Shown: positions 48,500 to 50,638 of the stretch, one piece after another
How the letters are laid out: each line of letters begins with the position of its first letter
Position numbering within the stretch: position 1 is the first letter of the stretch
Source of the DNA: Alphaproteobacteria bacterium
GTDB lineage: Bacteria > Pseudomonadota > Alphaproteobacteria > Micavibrionales > Micavibrionaceae
Direction: 5' to 3'
Assembly: GCA_018063145.1 (NCBI GenBank)
Contig: JAGOQV010000001.1
Coordinates: forward strand, 1-50,638
Length of the DNA: 50,638 nucleotides
Made by a program: the position numbers and the translations under genes
Notes under the pieces: model-generated
Databases searched by the model: none
What the model was told of the DNA's origin: nothing
What the model saw: only the letters and a program-made list of their open reading frames with translations

Positions 48500-49078
48500 A
48501 TGGTCGAAAAAGGTCTAAAAACCGCACATAATCAAGCCAGTGCCAGCCATATTCAACAAATGGGGCTGGTTTTGGACCATTTGGTGGATGCGCTGGGGGG
48601 GGACCCAAGCTGCACGCTCCGGCGTGCCACAATTTTGGTGGATATTGACCAACACCCGGGAACAACTCAGGCCGAGGTCATAGACCGCCTGAAACTCCAT
48701 AAATCTGCGCTAAACCGCGATATTGAGTGGTTGACCGACCACGGCTGCCTTAACCGGCAACAAGGACAGCAGGATGGACGGGTTATCCACATGCTAACTT
48801 GTGGATATTCCAAGAAAAACTTGGATTTAGCTCTAGATTACTTCGATTCTTCTCATAAAAAGTTGCAAGATTTCCTCGAAGGGCTTATAACAATATTCAA
48901 AGATCAGAAGCCGAGTTTTCGCGATGCCAAGTTGCTCGCCACGGCAGCCGATCTTGGAGCCCCGTCAAAGAATGAGCTTTTTGCCCGCTCTTACGATGGC
49001 CCCACAACAACCAACGCTCGGGCGTTGGATGGTTTGATAGAACAAGGTTTGATAGCAAAGGCAGGATCAGATGGGTAA
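48500..49078 (+). CDS. MarR-like winged-helix protein with an extra C-terminal helical/wHTH-like half
   Basis: ILVDIDQHPGTTQAEVIDRLKLHKSALNRDIEWLTDHGCLNRQQGQQDGRVIHMLT matches the MarR wHTH pattern. The second half (APSKNELFARSYDGPTTTNARALDGLIEQGLIAKAG) looks like a second, weaker wHTH. Confidence 0.6.
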   Translation: MVEKGLKTAHNQASASHIQQMGLVLDHLVDALGGDPSCTLRRATILVDIDQHPGTTQAEVIDRLKLHKSALNRDIEWLTDHGCLNRQQGQQDGRVIHMLTCGYSKKNLDLALDYFDSSHKKLQDFLEGLITIFKDQKPSFRDAKLLATAADLGAPSKNELFARSYDGPTTTNARALDGLIEQGLIAKAGSDG

Positions 49079-49262
49079 CCCTACGACCTACAAAGTGACA
49101 GACACGGCATCACACGGACTCGCGAGACTTCTGGCTACTTCTTTTGCTGGTCCGGGTGTTGTGACCTCTGATTTCCGTGCGGCATCTAGGGACCGTTCTG
49201 CAGAAAGAGGACCAGAAATTTCTGCGCCGAAGTAGTTTTTCTGCCTAGCTCCTATTGCCTCG

Positions 49263-49295
49263 AAAGCCAGCAGTCCTTATGCTGGCTTTTGTTTT
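49263..49295 (+). terminator. Rho-independent terminator ~185 nt downstream of the MarR-like gene
   Basis: aaagccagc-agtccttat-gctggcttttgtttt. Confidence 0.75.
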
Positions 49296-49322
49296 CTTCC
49301 CCCTCGTAAAGGAATTTGATTG

Positions 49323-50396
49323 ATGTCGTTGCCCTCCCTCCCTGCTGGTGTTGTGACCGGAAAAAACTATCTCTCTCTTGTCAAAGCCTGCAAAGAAGGC
49401 GGGTATGCTCTGCCTGCCGTGAACGTGATTGGCACCAATTCGGTAAATGCCGTTCTGGAAGCTGCAGCCAAAAATAAATCCGACATCATCATTCAGCTTT
49501 CAAATGGCGGAGCCGAGTTTTATGCAGGCAAAGGATTCCCCGACAGTTTTCAAGCCAAAGTCATGGGAGCCGTCGCCGCAGCTCACCACGTCCACCTCTT
49601 AGCAAAACATTATGGGGTCTGCGTTGTTCTGCACACAGACCACGCCAATAAAAAATTAGTGCCGTGGGTTGAGGCCATGTTGAGTCATGGGGAAGAGTAT
49701 TTCAAACTTCATGGCCGCCCATTATTCACCTCGCATATGGTTGATCTTTCCGAAGAACCCTTGGATGAAAATATTGCTGAATGCGCTCGTCTCCTGAAAA
49801 GGATGTCAGCCATTGATATGAGCATTGAAATTGAACTGGGTTGCACAGGTGGGGAAGAAGATGGCGTTGGCTCTGACGACATTGACAATGCCCGCCTTTA
49901 CACCCAACCCGAAGATGTTCTCAAAGCCTATAACGCGCTCTCCCCGATTGGCAATTTTTCGGTTGCCGCTTCGTTTGGAAATGTCCACGGCGTTTATGCC
50001 CCGGGCAATGTGAAACTGCGCCCTGAAATTTTGAAAAATTCTCAAGTCTTGGTTCAGAAAGAAAAAGGCCTTGGCGAAAATCCACTTGATCTTGTTTTTC
50101 ATGGTGGATCGGGTTCGGACAAAGGTCAAATTCTCGAAGCCCTTGGCTATGGCGTCTTCAAAATGAACATCGACACCGACACCCAGTTTGCCTTCGCCAA
50201 ACCAGTGGGAGACTTCGTCAAGGCGAACCCAAACGCCTTCGCCTATCAGATTGATCCAGAGAGCGGAAAACCCTATAAAAAGGAATATGATCCTCGCACA
50301 TGGTTGCGGGCGGGTGAGAAAGGTGTGGTAGAGCGGCTCACCGAGGCCTGCGCCGATTTGCGCTGCGCGGGAAAATCGCAGGCGAAAGCGTCCTAA
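49323..50396 (+). CDS. fbaA: Class II fructose-bisphosphate aldolase
   Basis: ALPAVNVIGTNSVNAVLEAA, VVLHTDHA, FHGGSGS, KMNIDTDTQ. RBS aaaggaa upstream of the ATG at 49323. Confidence 0.93.
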   Translation: MSLPSLPAGVVTGKNYLSLVKACKEGGYALPAVNVIGTNSVNAVLEAAAKNKSDIIIQLSNGGAEFYAGKGFPDSFQAKVMGAVAAAHHVHLLAKHYGVCVVLHTDHANKKLVPWVEAMLSHGEEYFKLHGRPLFTSHMVDLSEEPLDENIAECARLLKRMSAIDMSIEIELGCTGGEEDGVGSDDIDNARLYTQPEDVLKAYNALSPIGNFSVAASFGNVHGVYAPGNVKLRPEILKNSQVLVQKEKGLGENPLDLVFHGGSGSDKGQILEALGYGVFKMNIDTDTQFAFAKPVGDFVKANPNAFAYQIDPESGKPYKKEYDPRTWLRAGEKGVVERLTEACADLRCAGKSQAKAS

Positions 50397-50501
50397 CCTA
50401 TTGTTTTTATTGACGAAAAAAGTTGAAATAACTGCTTGCCTTTTAGCCCTCTGCCCTGCTATAAGGCTTGCTCAAGAAAAAAGATTCAGGAGTACATGGT
50501 T

Positions 50502-50638
50502 ATGAAAGCCAAAATTCACCCAGATTACCACGAAGTTACCATCGTGATGACCGATAAGACCGAATACAAAACCCGCACCACATGGGGAAAGGCTGGCGAT
50601 GTCATGAAACTTGACATTGATTGCCTGTCTCACCCAGC
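50502..50638 (+). CDS. rpmE: 50S ribosomal protein L31 (5' partial, runs off the window)
   Basis: [48 protein letters not shown] aggag lies 9 nt upstream. Confidence 0.9.
   Translation, partial: MKAKIHPDYHEVTIVMTDKTEYKTRTTWGKAGDVMKLDIDCLSHP

Noticed and set aside
50436-50465. Possible sigma70-type promoter TTGCCT-N18-TATAAG upstream of rpmE.
   Set aside because: The hexamers are plausible, but the match is weak and the spacing suboptimal. It cannot be supported without transcription start-site data.
1-50638. Searched both strands for CRISPR repeats, IS/transposase or integrase genes, prophage modules, toxin-antitoxin pairs and defence-system hallmarks such as nucleases, STAND NTPases, methyltransferase-restriction pairs and reverse transcriptases.
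   Set aside because: None were found. Every sizeable ORF is either housekeeping or one of the surface/accessory genes listed, so no defence or mobile system is claimed.

Overview
This ~50.6 kb window is a densely coding chromosomal segment. It is most likely alphaproteobacterial: the F0 operon is atpI-a-c-b'-b, a ZauP-like gene sits next to zapA, yebC-ruvCAB-ybgC-tolQRAB forms one string, and tkt-gap-fba are clustered. Most of it is housekeeping: leuCDB, ppa, NfeD/SPFH, a DsbA-like protein, smc, the ATP synthase F0 genes, nadD-rsfS-rlmH, EnvC-like/CtpA/YibQ-like, rppH, the tol and ruv genes, a YmdB-like phosphoesterase, 5-formyl-THF cyclo-ligase, zapA, tkt, gap, fba and partial rpmE. The accessory content is mainly cell-surface genes. 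(1) A two-partner secretion pair (TpsB + 1.5k-aa TpsA) lies at the left end, and its exoprotein carries two LamG-like modules plus YDG/MBG-type modules. (2) An inverse-autotransporter-like protein has a beta-helix + LamG passenger and sits between 5-FCL and a candidate 6S RNA/zapA. (3) An ankyrin-repeat protein lies between the ZauP-like gene and tkt. (4) A MarR-like gene sits where pgk is usually found, between gap and fba. (5) There is a receiver-domain protein with an HPt-like neighbour, a yellow/MRJP-like propeller next to a beta-carbonic anhydrase, and two poorly supported hypothetical ORFs split by an in-frame TAG. I found no CRISPR array, IS element, integrase, prophage genes, tRNA/rRNA genes or recognisable defence system. 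I cannot point to a clearly novel multi-gene system. The most unusual signal is the same LamG lectin-like module on cargo of two different outer-membrane secretion routes, together with lineage-specific insertions into an otherwise conserved backbone. All family calls come from reading motifs by eye; no database search was run.
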